DNA from: a virus
Taxonomy: Duplodnaviria; Caudoviricetes
Strand: one strand, 5' to 3'
DNA length: 54,889 bases
IMG/VR virus record: IMGVR_UViG_3300009100_000013
Coordinates: 1 to 54,889 of that record
Positions 1-9,559 of this stretch are shown here, in pieces (position 1 is the first letter of the stretch; each line of letters opens with the position of its first letter). The position numbers and the translations under genes were made by a program. The notes under the pieces were generated by a model, which saw nothing but the letters and a program-made list of their open reading frames with translations, did no database searches and was not told the origin of the DNA.

Positions 1-411
1 AATTTTGGCGGCGCTTCCATTAAAGATAATTTCTATAGCAGTTATTATCATTTACCAACAATTTGCATAGATGACCTTAATTTACCAAAGTGTCAGTTAA
101 TCAAAGCGGACGTAGAAGGTTTTGAATACGAAGTAATTTCAGGAGCAGAGCATACCATTTACAAATTCAAGCCATTTTTGTACCTTGAAAACAATAGACA
201 AGAACAATTAATTGATATCCAAAAGTTTCTGTCTAAATTTAATTATGCTATTTTTGCTCATATGCCACCTACATTTAATCCAAATAACTTTAATGGAGTG
301 AAAGAAAATCCATGGCATGGTGATTATTTAGAGCCCAACATGATATGTTTGCCGATTGAAAAAATAGACATGCTAGAAAATGTGCCTTGGCTAGGTGCTA
401 GAATATTATGA
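1..411 (+). CDS. FkbM-family SAM-dependent methyltransferase (5' end outside window)
   Basis: Frame 1 is open from base 1: NFGGASI...IDDLNLPKCQLIKADVEGFEYEVISGAEHTI..KPFLYLE. The K-x-D-V-E-G-x-E motif is typical of FkbM/Methyltransf_21. Confidence 0.85.
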   Translation, partial: NFGGASIKDNFYSSYYHLPTICIDDLNLPKCQLIKADVEGFEYEVISGAEHTIYKFKPFLYLENNRQEQLIDIQKFLSKFNYAIFAHMPPTFNPNNFNGVKENPWHGDYLEPNMICLPIEKIDMLENVPWLGARIL

Positions 412-623
412 AATTTAAAAAGGGCGATAGGGTGTTGGCTAGAATCGGCAACAGTGTTAGTCATGAAAAAGCTTATGGGGGCATTGTTATCCAAATAGCC
501 GAGTATGAAACCAATTATCCTATTTTTGTTCTTATAGAAAAGGATAATTCACCCACTCCTTTTGCTACCTCAGAAATTGTTATTGCTGTAAATCCTAACG
601 ATATTATGAAAAATTTAGTATGA
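408..623 (+). CDS. small SH3/KOW-like protein, MKFKxGD paralog 1
   Basis: Starts MKFKKGDRV, has YP in the core, ends NPNDIMKNLV. ATGA-coupled on both sides. Confidence 0.75.
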   Translation: MKFKKGDRVLARIGNSVSHEKAYGGIVIQIAEYETNYPIFVLIEKDNSPTPFATSEIVIAVNPNDIMKNLV

Positions 624-844
624 AATTTAAAGTTGGAGACAAGGTTTTGGCTAAAATAAAATACGATGCCATGGAGTACAAATCAACAGGTCATCCAGGA
701 ATTATACAAGATGTACTCGAAAATGAAAAACATTATCCATATTGGGTTAAACATTTGGATGAAAATGATAGCGAAGCATACAACGAAGACGAGTTGACTT
801 TGTTGGAAGAGCCTAATAATATTTTAAAGAAGATTTGTGATTAA
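620..844 (+). CDS. small SH3/KOW-like protein, MKFKxGD paralog 2
   Basis: MKFKVGDKV...GII...YPY...EPNNILKKICD. Confidence 0.75.
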   Translation: MKFKVGDKVLAKIKYDAMEYKSTGHPGIIQDVLENEKHYPYWVKHLDENDSEAYNEDELTLLEEPNNILKKICD

Positions 845-1100
845 TTTATTGTATATAATTATATTTGTCTCAAATGGAGCTTTTGAAAAAGATGTTTGCG
901 AAATAGCAACTTCTTGTAGATTAATTCAAAAATGGCAAATGAATAAATGTGAAATGTGTGTTAATGATATTTATAATAAATACAAAAAAAGTTTACCAAA
1001 TGATAAAAATTTTATAATTAATTATTTAAAATCAGAATCTTGCCAAAGCATAAATAAATACGCCAAAGAATTTGGTTTATTTGAATGTATTCAAAAATGA
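837..1100 (+). CDS. small Cys-rich protein with hydrophobic N-terminus
   Basis: GTG start, N-terminal LLYIIIFV, six Cys. Fills the gap between coupled genes. Confidence 0.55.
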   Translation: MINLLYIIIFVSNGAFEKDVCEIATSCRLIQKWQMNKCEMCVNDIYNKYKKSLPNDKNFIINYLKSESCQSINKYAKEFGLFECIQK

Positions 1101-1315
1101 AATTTAAAGTTGGTGATAAAGTTTTGTGTCAATATATTACAAAAGATGGAATATGTATATCAAAACGAGCGTGGTCAGGAATTATAGAGTTTATAGATTT
1201 TAAACAAGCATATCCTTATGTAATTTTTTCAGAAAGTGACGGTCATACCCGTCATAGATATCATGAAATATCCCATTTGCCCAATCCAAATGACATTTTA
1301 AAGGAAATTATATGA
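1097..1315 (+). CDS. small SH3/KOW-like protein, MKFKxGD paralog 3
   Basis: ATG at 1097 (ATGA overlap): MKFKVGDKV...GII...YPY...NPNDILKEII. Confidence 0.75.
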   Translation: MKFKVGDKVLCQYITKDGICISKRAWSGIIEFIDFKQAYPYVIFSESDGHTRHRYHEISHLPNPNDILKEII

Positions 1316-2148
1316 AGACCGGTTTATGTGCTCAAATTTTGATTTATGATGATATGCAATACGTACACTTTATGTTAGAAAATGTATTAAAGTATTGTGA
1401 TGAGGTGTTATTTTTAGTCAATAAACATCCGTTAAATTACAATGTTAATAATAAATATGATAACTCAGAGACTGTTAATAAATTAAAAGAATTGCAAAAA
1501 GATAATGCAAAAATTTCTATTATATGGGAAGATTGGCGCACAGAAGAGGAAACCAGAAATTATGGTTTAAATTGGGCTTTGCATCAAAATTGTGAATATT
1601 CCTTAATAGTTGATACAGATGAAGTATACGACGATGCATCTTTGCGTAGGTTAAAAGACTTATTAGAAGTCGCCGAAGCATCTCTTTCTGGTAATTGGAT
1701 TTATCATACAAATTGGAAAACCTACTGGAAAAAATATAATGGCCCTTTATGCGTTATAAATCCGCCCGAATCTTTTCAACCAGTTGTAGTTGTCAGAAAT
1801 AGGAATGCCAAATTTGTGCACCTAAGACATTGTATGCCTTTTGACCGAGGCCAGCAATTACAACAAAATCATGGTCGAGCATTATTGCCCGAAGGCTTTT
1901 TAAATCTTCATCATTTTAGCTATGCTCGAAGTGATGAATTTATAAGCAGAAAATGCAAAGAATCTGGTCATTCCGCCAACGGCGATTTAATGCAAGGATG
2001 GTTCGAAAACGTTTGGATGAAGTGGAAATTGGGTGATAAAAATCTTCATCCAATTAATCCGGAGCAATACAAAGAAGCTATTTTAGTTAAAAAAGAAAAC
2101 TTGCCAAATAAAGAATTACAAGTATATTTCTTTGGTGAGAATGTATGA
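1312..2148 (+). CDS. GT-A fold (family 2-like) glycosyltransferase
   Basis: RNYGL, then LIVDTDE (DxD motif), and C-terminal LHHFSYAR. Confidence 0.75.
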   Translation: MKTGLCAQILIYDDMQYVHFMLENVLKYCDEVLFLVNKHPLNYNVNNKYDNSETVNKLKELQKDNAKISIIWEDWRTEEETRNYGLNWALHQNCEYSLIVDTDEVYDDASLRRLKDLLEVAEASLSGNWIYHTNWKTYWKKYNGPLCVINPPESFQPVVVVRNRNAKFVHLRHCMPFDRGQQLQQNHGRALLPEGFLNLHHFSYARSDEFISRKCKESGHSANGDLMQGWFENVWMKWKLGDKNLHPINPEQYKEAILVKKENLPNKELQVYFFGENV

Positions 2149-2828
2149 AAGTGGCTTACGCTCTGTCTGGATATTTAAGAAATTATAAATATAATAATTT
2201 CTTTGAAAACATGGTAGCCGAAGTTCCAGGAGATGTTTTTATTCACACTTGGAATGAATTGGTTCCAGGCACACCCCTAGATATAAAAGATGTTTGTGAT
2301 TATTACAAGCCCGCAGGTTTAATGATTGAAGACCAATTTAAATTCAAACAGTCATTAAGACTGTTTGGTTATGAAGATTATTTACAAAATTATGTTTGTA
2401 TGTGGCGAGGCATACACTCTGCAATTAATATGGCTTTGGAATATGATGTTATAGTACGATTTAGACCAGACATGGTTGCAGAAAGTGTTCTTTCCAAGGA
2501 AGAAATTTTACATTGTTTTAAAACAGAAACTCCGTATATTGGAGCCAGTGATGATTGCTATTATGCTAATATTGTGACCGATAATTTTGCTTTCGGCAAG
2601 GCTCGTTTTATGGAAAGCTTTGCTGCACATTATCACAGCGCATTAAAGCGCAGGCAAAATTCTGGGAGTAATGAAAGGGCTTTGACCAAACATTTAACAG
2701 ATTCTGGTTGGCAAGGATGGATTTCTTGTTCTTCTTTAAAATACAGAATTAAACGTATGGATGGACTTTTGGTTCCAAATTCTCAAACAATAGCTGAACT
2801 TGCACCTGATTGGGGTATGTATGAATGA
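2145..2828 (+). CDS. putative glycosyltransferase-like glycan biosynthesis protein
   Basis: KVAYALSGYLR...DVFIHTW...YDVIVRFRPD...DNFAFG, a pattern I recognise from viral and capsule glycan clusters. Context agrees. Confidence 0.55.
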   Translation: MKVAYALSGYLRNYKYNNFFENMVAEVPGDVFIHTWNELVPGTPLDIKDVCDYYKPAGLMIEDQFKFKQSLRLFGYEDYLQNYVCMWRGIHSAINMALEYDVIVRFRPDMVAESVLSKEEILHCFKTETPYIGASDDCYYANIVTDNFAFGKARFMESFAAHYHSALKRRQNSGSNERALTKHLTDSGWQGWISCSSLKYRIKRMDGLLVPNSQTIAELAPDWGMYE

Positions 2829-3735
2829 TATTTGTTTTGTGGTGACTTCTTGGGAAGATAGTTTGTTTTTATCAATTAAACAAACTCTTTTAAGTATGAG
2901 CGTTCCGGAGCAAAATATTTATAGAATTTCAGATAGAACTTCTAGACCCGCTGCGTTAAATGCTATGTGGGACAAACTATCTATTCCAAAATATAAATAT
3001 ATTGCATTTATAGATGAAGATGTGGTCATTAGAGATAATCATACCTTTGCTAGATTGCGGGAAATACTGGAGAATACCGAGGCTGCCGGAGTTATAGCTA
3101 ATCCAAAATTAATTAGCGAAGGTCAATCTTTTTATGATATAAAGCATGATTTGCCACCAGAAACTCCTTGGAAAGATTCTTTGGTTGAATGTACTAGTAA
3201 TTTGGTGAGTTTAAATTGCGCTTTATTCAGGAATGATTTGGAGATTGGCTTTGATGAAGATATGTTTGGGAACCAAGTATTTGATCTTGACTTTGGTCTA
3301 CAATTGGCTCTACAAGGAAAGAAAGTTTTCATAGACAAAGCATTATTGGTTTTAGCTCGTGCAAATAATTATGTAAGCAAAAGTTTATCTTACCATGCTG
3401 TAGTTGCGCGCAATTTGCATATTTTCATGCGTAAATGGAGTAATATTAAAGATTGGGATAAAGAATGTGGAGTTAAGGCTTATAATACTAAACATAATAA
3501 TGAAATTCCTTCCATAGAAGAATTGATGCACTGGCCTGAAATAAAACAGTTACAATACACATTCGCTTACAACAGGGATGGTGCCGTAAGGTGTTATTTA
3601 CAACCAAGATTTAGCGGGCTTATTCAAGCTGCTAGCCTTGTTCAAAAGATTGAAAATAATCTAAAAAATATACCAAATATGGTAGAATATGCAATTCCTC
3701 ATCAGGGCTCTTTACCAATTTTTGATTTAAAATAA
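2821..3735 (+). CDS. GT-A fold (family 2-like) glycosyltransferase
   Basis: AALN...YIAFIDEDVV (DxD), GFDEDMF..FDLDFGLQL...G, F.RKW. Confidence 0.7.
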   Translation: MNDICFVVTSWEDSLFLSIKQTLLSMSVPEQNIYRISDRTSRPAALNAMWDKLSIPKYKYIAFIDEDVVIRDNHTFARLREILENTEAAGVIANPKLISEGQSFYDIKHDLPPETPWKDSLVECTSNLVSLNCALFRNDLEIGFDEDMFGNQVFDLDFGLQLALQGKKVFIDKALLVLARANNYVSKSLSYHAVVARNLHIFMRKWSNIKDWDKECGVKAYNTKHNNEIPSIEELMHWPEIKQLQYTFAYNRDGAVRCYLQPRFSGLIQAASLVQKIENNLKNIPNMVEYAIPHQGSLPIFDLK

Positions 3736-4094
3736 TGTTCAATCAATTTCCATCTTTCATTGCATCGTTTCATTCCATTGATATATTATTTGATTTAAAT
3801 GAATATGAAAAAAATGTATTGGATTGGCCAATGCGTTTAATTATGTTAGAAATTTGGCAAATAGCTATTAATCATGCAGAAAATGTTATAGAGAAAAACA
3901 GGCAAGAATTTATTAAAGTTTGTGTAAATTTATTTAAAAACACAAAGATTATTAAAGCAAATAAAAAAAACCAAAACATTAGCATTATGCATCCATTTGA
4001 AATGAGAGTGATATGTGCAGCCGTTTTAGAAGGTAAAATCAACATTAATGAAGCTAAAAAAATTATTAATCAAAAATGTGAAAAATTCTTATGA
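3735..4094 (+). CDS. hypothetical protein
   Basis: 119-aa ORF coupled to both neighbours (TAATG and ATGA). Confidence 0.6.
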   Translation: MFNQFPSFIASFHSIDILFDLNEYEKNVLDWPMRLIMLEIWQIAINHAENVIEKNRQEFIKVCVNLFKNTKIIKANKKNQNISIMHPFEMRVICAAVLEGKININEAKKIINQKCEKFL

Positions 4095-4744
4095 AATTGT
4101 TCTTGCTCGATATTGATGGTACTTTATTAGATTCATTATCTAAACATGAAGAAGCTTTTTATTTGGCTTGTAATGAGTATAATTATAATATAAACAATGA
4201 TACAAAAGAAAAGTTAAAAAGAAAGTCAACGCAATATAAATTAGATTATTTATCCAAAAATAAATTAATCCACAATATAGATATTCCTTGGATTTTAGAA
4301 AAAAAGAATGAATTTTCTTTAGATTTGTGCTTTGTAGATTTTAAACCATATTTTCAACATATTGATGCTATAAATTATATTACCAATGAATTGAATTGCA
4401 AAGTAGCCCTTTGTTCTAACTCCTCTAGAGAGTTTGTGAATAAATTCATAGATAAATGCGGTTTTGAAAACAACATCTCCTTCTCCTTATCCGGAGATGA
4501 TGTGGAAAGAAAAAAACCATATGGTGATATTTATTTAAAGGCTTTTAGATTATCAAATGTATTACCAAATGAAGCTATTATATTTGAAGACAATGAAGAG
4601 GGCGAGTATGCTGCTGTTAGAGCCGGGTGTCATAACATAGTCAAAATTGACAGGCCGGAGGACATTGGACCAAATTTAATCCTACGATTACAAGAAAAGT
4701 ATAATATTAGCTATAATAATTCTAAATTCTTTGTGCACAAATGA
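4091..4744 (+). CDS. HAD-superfamily phosphatase (beta-phosphoglucomutase-like)
   Basis: Motif I LLDIDGTLLDS, motif II CSNS, motif III KKPYGDIY, motif IV IFEDNEEG. Confidence 0.9.
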   Translation: MKLFLLDIDGTLLDSLSKHEEAFYLACNEYNYNINNDTKEKLKRKSTQYKLDYLSKNKLIHNIDIPWILEKKNEFSLDLCFVDFKPYFQHIDAINYITNELNCKVALCSNSSREFVNKFIDKCGFENNISFSLSGDDVERKKPYGDIYLKAFRLSNVLPNEAIIFEDNEEGEYAAVRAGCHNIVKIDRPEDIGPNLILRLQEKYNISYNNSKFFVHK

Positions 4745-5478
4745 TACAAATTTTAGTCCCTATGGCCGGAGAAAGTTCTAGGTTTATTGCCAAGGGTTAT
4801 ATTCCAAAGCCTTTTTTGCCATTGATTGATGGCAAAAGTATAATAGAGATTATAGAAGAGCACCTAAGATTTCTGGCAAATAAAGATAACATTAATGCAC
4901 AAATATCATTTTTAATAAAAAGCGATTATTTGAATAATGCGGTTTACAGGTCTGTTTTGGCCAATTTAACATCTCAAATATATAAAGTTTCTACACCAAA
5001 TAAGGGCCCTCTGTGTACTGTTGCACAAATTATAAACAATTTCAATGATAATGATTCTTTAATAATTTATGATTGTGATCAATTATCCTTATTTTCAATG
5101 CAGCAGTTAGCTAGCATTGACCGAGGTGTTATTGTAACTCATACTAGCAAAAATAATGAAATGAGCTACATTGGTCGAAATTTATTTGGTAAAATTGATA
5201 GAATTGCAGAAAAAGAACGAATTTCTGAAGAAGCTTCTTGTGGGGTTTATTACTTTCCGTCTATAAGATTATTTAAAGATGCTGCTTTATATGATTTTTC
5301 CCATAATAACTCTTTAAATGATGAGTTTCGAATTGCTAATTTATACAATTATTTAATAAAGAAAAATATTCCAATTGACTCTTATAAAGCTGGTGCTTAT
5401 TTTAATCTTGGAACGCCAGGCGAATATGAAAATTTTATTAAAAATAATATATCTTTTTATAAGGCATATTTAATATGA
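4741..5478 (+). CDS. sugar-phosphate nucleotidyltransferase (NTP_transferase family)
   Basis: ILVPMAGESSRF..GY.PKPFL, IYDCDQ, IAEKERIS, GVYYF, LGTP. Confidence 0.85.
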   Translation: MIQILVPMAGESSRFIAKGYIPKPFLPLIDGKSIIEIIEEHLRFLANKDNINAQISFLIKSDYLNNAVYRSVLANLTSQIYKVSTPNKGPLCTVAQIINNFNDNDSLIIYDCDQLSLFSMQQLASIDRGVIVTHTSKNNEMSYIGRNLFGKIDRIAEKERISEEASCGVYYFPSIRLFKDAALYDFSHNNSLNDEFRIANLYNYLIKKNIPIDSYKAGAYFNLGTPGEYENFIKNNISFYKAYLI

Positions 5479-6431
5479 TGATTCTACCACAACAATATGC
5501 TATTTTATCAATTTTAAAACAATGCAATGAAATTGATGAAAATACTATTAAATGGATAGATGATGCTCTTTACAGACGTCCCGATGCATTAGATCATTTT
5601 TTAGAATTATCTTTATTATTTAAAGATTATATAAATGAGTCTGACAAATATGTAAAATGTCTTAAACTATATAAAGCCCAAAAAGAATTAGAAAAATTAA
5701 AAGTTTTCTTCTTTAAACAAAGAAAAATTCTATTGGCCGTCCCACAAAGAAAAAAACACCCAAGACTTCCTGCTCCAAACCTTGGAGGGCTTGTAATACC
5801 TCAAAACTACAGATTGAAAGGTGAGGTGTGTTATGGTATGAATCATTCAGATGCCAGAAACTGGTTGGTAGAAAAAGCACTAGAGGATGATGAAATTACA
5901 GATATTTTATTTGTTGATGATGATATACTGCTACCCGTAGATGCAATTGGTAGATTATGTGATTCCAATGAAATGATTATTGGTGGTAATTATGTAAAAA
6001 AACAATGGCCCATTGAAAGTTGCGCTTTACATGTCGAACCAACATCCGGCAAATGGCTTTTTCATAATGCAGAAATCAAACCAGAACAAGGTTACATGGA
6101 ACCAATCAGGGTTTCGCAAATGGGGATGGGATGCTGTTTAATTAGAAAAGAAGTTTTTCAAAAGCTTTCTAGACCCTGGTTTGCCTTTATGTATAATAAA
6201 GATGGAACTATCTTCAGATCAGAGGACGTTAAGTTTTGTCAAGATGCTACCATAGCTGGATTTGTACCTAAAATTATACCAGGACTAGTGTCCGTACACG
6301 TAGATTTTAAAACCGGAAAGTACTGGGGCCCTGAATGGTTGATAGAAAATTATAAAATTAAAAAAGAATTTGAAGATAAATATTGCCATATGGAATGCAA
6401 TCCAATGGAGTGTTTTACAAATAATGTTTAA
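5475..6431 (+). CDS. GT-A fold glycosyltransferase with N-terminal helical extension
   Basis: ARN...ILFVDDDI (DxD), GMGCCLIRKEVF, PWF, SEDVKFC. Confidence 0.8.
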   Translation: MMILPQQYAILSILKQCNEIDENTIKWIDDALYRRPDALDHFLELSLLFKDYINESDKYVKCLKLYKAQKELEKLKVFFFKQRKILLAVPQRKKHPRLPAPNLGGLVIPQNYRLKGEVCYGMNHSDARNWLVEKALEDDEITDILFVDDDILLPVDAIGRLCDSNEMIIGGNYVKKQWPIESCALHVEPTSGKWLFHNAEIKPEQGYMEPIRVSQMGMGCCLIRKEVFQKLSRPWFAFMYNKDGTIFRSEDVKFCQDATIAGFVPKIIPGLVSVHVDFKTGKYWGPEWLIENYKIKKEFEDKYCHMECNPMECFTNNV

Positions 6432-6567
6432 TGTATTATATAAAATTAAATTATTTTATTATTATTTGACTTTTAATTATAAAGTTTATAGAAATGATTA
6501 TAAAATATTTGATGGTCCGTGGAATAAGGCTAATAAAATAATGAATAATATCAAGGGCAAAAATTAA
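6424..6567 (+). CDS. small hypothetical protein
   Basis: ATG at 6424 overlaps the upstream stop, and its stop overlaps the next ATG (TAATG). Very AT-rich. Confidence 0.35.
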   Translation: MFNVLYKIKLFYYYLTFNYKVYRNDYKIFDGPWNKANKIMNNIKGKN

Positions 6568-7631
6568 TGAAATTAACAGGTGAATTTACAAAGTCATATG
6601 AAGAAATTCTTAAAGATAGGAAAGAAGGAAAATCTACAGAATTAGTAAAAGTAGAGCCCAACGAGCTTATTTTACGAGAATCTCATTCAGTAACGGAAAT
6701 GATTAAAGCCGCTCATGAAATGATACCTTCGGTGCATAAAAAGATTTTAATGGACGAAGAAGGTTTACCAGAAGTTTTCAAGGAAAAATGGTTGGCTTCA
6801 GTAGAAGATGGCCAGCATGCAATGGAAATTGTTCCACAGAGACGCACACTTAGCGAAAAACTCCTGGCCGTACTCCAAACTAATCGATTTATAACCCCCG
6901 GTGCACGTTTTCATCAGGCCAATTTAGAGCAAGCTTCATACACAGGGCAGTTAATTGATTTAAATCTTAATTATCAAACTTCTAAAATAGAGTTAGAGGA
7001 AAAACTTTATAAATATCAAAAGAAAATGGAGAAATTAGAAAAGGCCAAAGAAGCTGGAAAAGACACTTTTCTTTTAGAAAAGAAAATGCAAAAAGAGCAA
7101 ATTGCATTAGTTAGAATGGCAATGGACCTTGCGGGTACCCAAAAGAGGATGCAAAATCTTAGGGAGGAAATTACCGAATGGACCGATATTAAAGAGAAAT
7201 TGTATAAAGAAGCCATGGATTCGGGTGAAATTTGGAGCCCAGATACGGTTGATGGACCAGCCGGTTTACAAGAAATTCCATTGGTTTTACGTCATGTTCA
7301 GAACTTTTTAATTCAAATTCAACATGGCGAAGGCTCGGATATCTCCTCTGTGCTGAATATACAAGGCCTGGTGCTTACAGCTTTTGAAAACGGTTTAAAA
7401 GAAAATAAGCTAGGTTTGTATTTAGATAAATTACCAGAAGCCCAGATTCAATTGGTTTGGAAACATTTATATGGTACAGATATTCAGGTACAGAAGCTAG
7501 ATGGATTTATGGTAATTAATACTAATAATTCACAATTAATTTTTCCAACCACTTTACAAAATTGGGAAAATATGAAAAATCCACAAACTTTAAATATTAA
7601 ATTAGAAGAAAACGAACCTGTTAAGGTTTAA
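6567..7631 (+). CDS. coiled-coil phage protein, possible partner or chaperone of the Kelch-like proteins
   Basis: RRTLSEKLLAVLQTNRFITPGARFHQANLEQ followed by a long E/K/Q-rich heptad region ending REEITEW. Its stop overlaps the stop of the convergent Kelch-like gene. Confidence 0.6.
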   Translation: MKLTGEFTKSYEEILKDRKEGKSTELVKVEPNELILRESHSVTEMIKAAHEMIPSVHKKILMDEEGLPEVFKEKWLASVEDGQHAMEIVPQRRTLSEKLLAVLQTNRFITPGARFHQANLEQASYTGQLIDLNLNYQTSKIELEEKLYKYQKKMEKLEKAKEAGKDTFLLEKKMQKEQIALVRMAMDLAGTQKRMQNLREEITEWTDIKEKLYKEAMDSGEIWSPDTVDGPAGLQEIPLVLRHVQNFLIQIQHGEGSDISSVLNIQGLVLTAFENGLKENKLGLYLDKLPEAQIQLVWKHLYGTDIQVQKLDGFMVINTNNSQLIFPTTLQNWENMKNPQTLNIKLEENEPVKV

Positions 7632-9559
7632 ATAATTCCGTTAGAAAAATCATCACTGTATGGATCTAATGGTATTCTTAATTTATTTCTAAATCCTAAA
7701 ACCAAATCACTAGAATCTAAAGAAAACTTATTGTTTGTTTTCTGAACGCTTGCATTAACCATTTGTTGATAAAGAACCACTCCACCAATATTGGTTTCAA
7801 CAACTCCAGCAAAACTAGAAGTTAAAGAATCGGCGGTATAAATAGCATTGCCGGAAGATGATTGGCTTACGTTCGTAACCAAATAAGTTCCATAAAATAC
7901 CGCAGAGCCATTAGTTCCACTTACAGAAGAGTAGGGAACATAAAGAACATCACCGACCTTACCTTGATAACTGAATGTTAACGAAGATGGTCCCTGGGAA
8001 AAAGTTAAGGTAGTGCTGCTAGCAGTAATGCTAATAGTAGCATCAAAATACATTCTTTGACCCCAAACACACCCAACAGTTAACGAAGTAGAAGCCGATG
8101 ACGAAACGTTTTCCCAACGCACTACGGGGGCCGTAGAAGTACCGCCTATAATTGGAATTAAATCTCCATTGGATACTTTTAACAAACCGCCTTTGGCAAA
8201 TCCACCAGTTAATGTTGTTGACAAATTCAAAACACCTTGATTGGTTATGGTTGAAGAAATTGAATTAATTGTAGCTGTTGTTGAGGTAACATAAACATCG
8301 GTTTGAGAATTATTAAATCTAGAAAGACCAAACCAGGAAATGCCAGGAACAACGTCTCCAGAAACGTCCCCTCTCATAACGGACGCTGTGAGAGAGGTAT
8401 TTGAAGTATTATAAGAGAATCCTACATCAGTGGCCAATTGTACATTTGAATAAGTTAATTTTCTATAAATTGACTGTGTATGAAGATAGGTTTGAGCTGA
8501 GCGGCTGCTAGCGTCTGTTCTGCCACCCGCCGCTAGGCCAGATTTTTGCGAACCACCATTTACATTTCCAAATATGGCTTTGCTTAAATTACCGCTCAAT
8601 GACCAAGAGCTTCCGTTAAATAGTTCAGAAATGTTTGTAGAGGCGCTGGTTGTAAATCCGCCAGCTATCAAAGTTGAACTTTGAGCTCCCGTGCTACCCA
8701 TGCTAGATCTAGCTGTACTTATTACTGACGATTTAGACCAGGCTGAACCGTTGAATAATTCTGTGGCATCAGCTTTAGAGCTAGTATTTCCTCCACACAC
8801 TAACCCTGCATTTTGTGAACCACCTGATGCCATACTTTCTTTTGCCACCGATATGTTGATGCTATTGGTAGACCAAACGGAACCATTGAAAAATTCCGTG
8901 GTGCTAACTCTTGTTTGCCCGCTAGTACCTCCAGCAATTAATCCAGCATTAGGAGTGCCCATTCCGGCCATCAAACTTCTAGATGTGCTTAAATTACCAC
9001 TGGTGGTCCAAGTAGAACCATCAAAAAGCTCTGTGGTGTTAGTCTCACCGCCCACAGTGTTACCACCTGTTATTAAACATGCATTTTGTGAGCCAAACCC
9101 AGCCAGAAGTGACCGAGCGGTATTTAAGCTAGAAGCGCTATACCATGCTGTACCATTGAACAATTCGTTTTTATTTGTAATAGTGCCCGTTGTTCCCCCG
9201 GCCATTACTGTTGAATTTTGTGCACCACCTCCAGCAGCCTCACTTCTGCCAGCATCTAGATTTCCACTAGCTGACCAGTTTCCAGCACCGTAAATACCTA
9301 CCAAATCCCCTTCTTGCACATCTGAAGCAATTCTAACAGAGGTTGTAATGTCGGTAAAATAAGGTCTCCAAGTAGCCGGTTCACCTGAATTTAAAGATAT
9401 CCATAATTGACCCGTATATTGATCTAAATAAATAGCTCCGGCATTTGCTGCATTTACTCTATTGGTAGGTGAGCCATTGCCACGATAAAGTATTCCGCGT
9501 ACATTGTTAAATGTAGAGCCACTCTTAAAATCTTCATTTCTAATTAATGTTTGAGACAT
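7628..9559 (-). CDS. Kelch-like six-bladed beta-propeller virion protein (paralog 3)
   Basis: Six ~45-aa repeats G-x-Q-N-x-x-L-x-x-GG...TELFNGSxW. S/T-rich C-terminal region. Confidence 0.8.
   Translation of the reverse strand: MSQTLIRNEDFKSGSTFNNVRGILYRGNGSPTNRVNAANAGAIYLDQYTGQLWISLNSGEPATWRPYFTDITTSVRIASDVQEGDLVGIYGAGNWSASGNLDAGRSEAAGGGAQNSTVMAGGTTGTITNKNELFNGTAWYSASSLNTARSLLAGFGSQNACLITGGNTVGGETNTTELFDGSTWTTSGNLSTSRSLMAGMGTPNAGLIAGGTSGQTRVSTTEFFNGSVWSTNSINISVAKESMASGGSQNAGLVCGGNTSSKADATELFNGSAWSKSSVISTARSSMGSTGAQSSTLIAGGFTTSASTNISELFNGSSWSLSGNLSKAIFGNVNGGSQKSGLAAGGRTDASSRSAQTYLHTQSIYRKLTYSNVQLATDVGFSYNTSNTSLTASVMRGDVSGDVVPGISWFGLSRFNNSQTDVYVTSTTATINSISSTITNQGVLNLSTTLTGGFAKGGLLKVSNGDLIPIIGGTSTAPVVRWENVSSSASTSLTVGCVWGQRMYFDATISITASSTTLTFSQGPSSLTFSYQGKVGDVLYVPYSSVSGTNGSAVFYGTYLVTNVSQSSSGNAIYTADSLTSSFAGVVETNIGGVVLYQQMVNASVQKTNNKFSLDSSDLVLGFRNKLRIPLDPYSDDFSNGII

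Noticed and set aside
6466-6495. Possible sigma70 promoter (TTGACT) upstream of the coiled-coil gene
   Set aside because: There is no good -10 hexamer at 16-18 nt spacing, and the region is extremely AT-rich.
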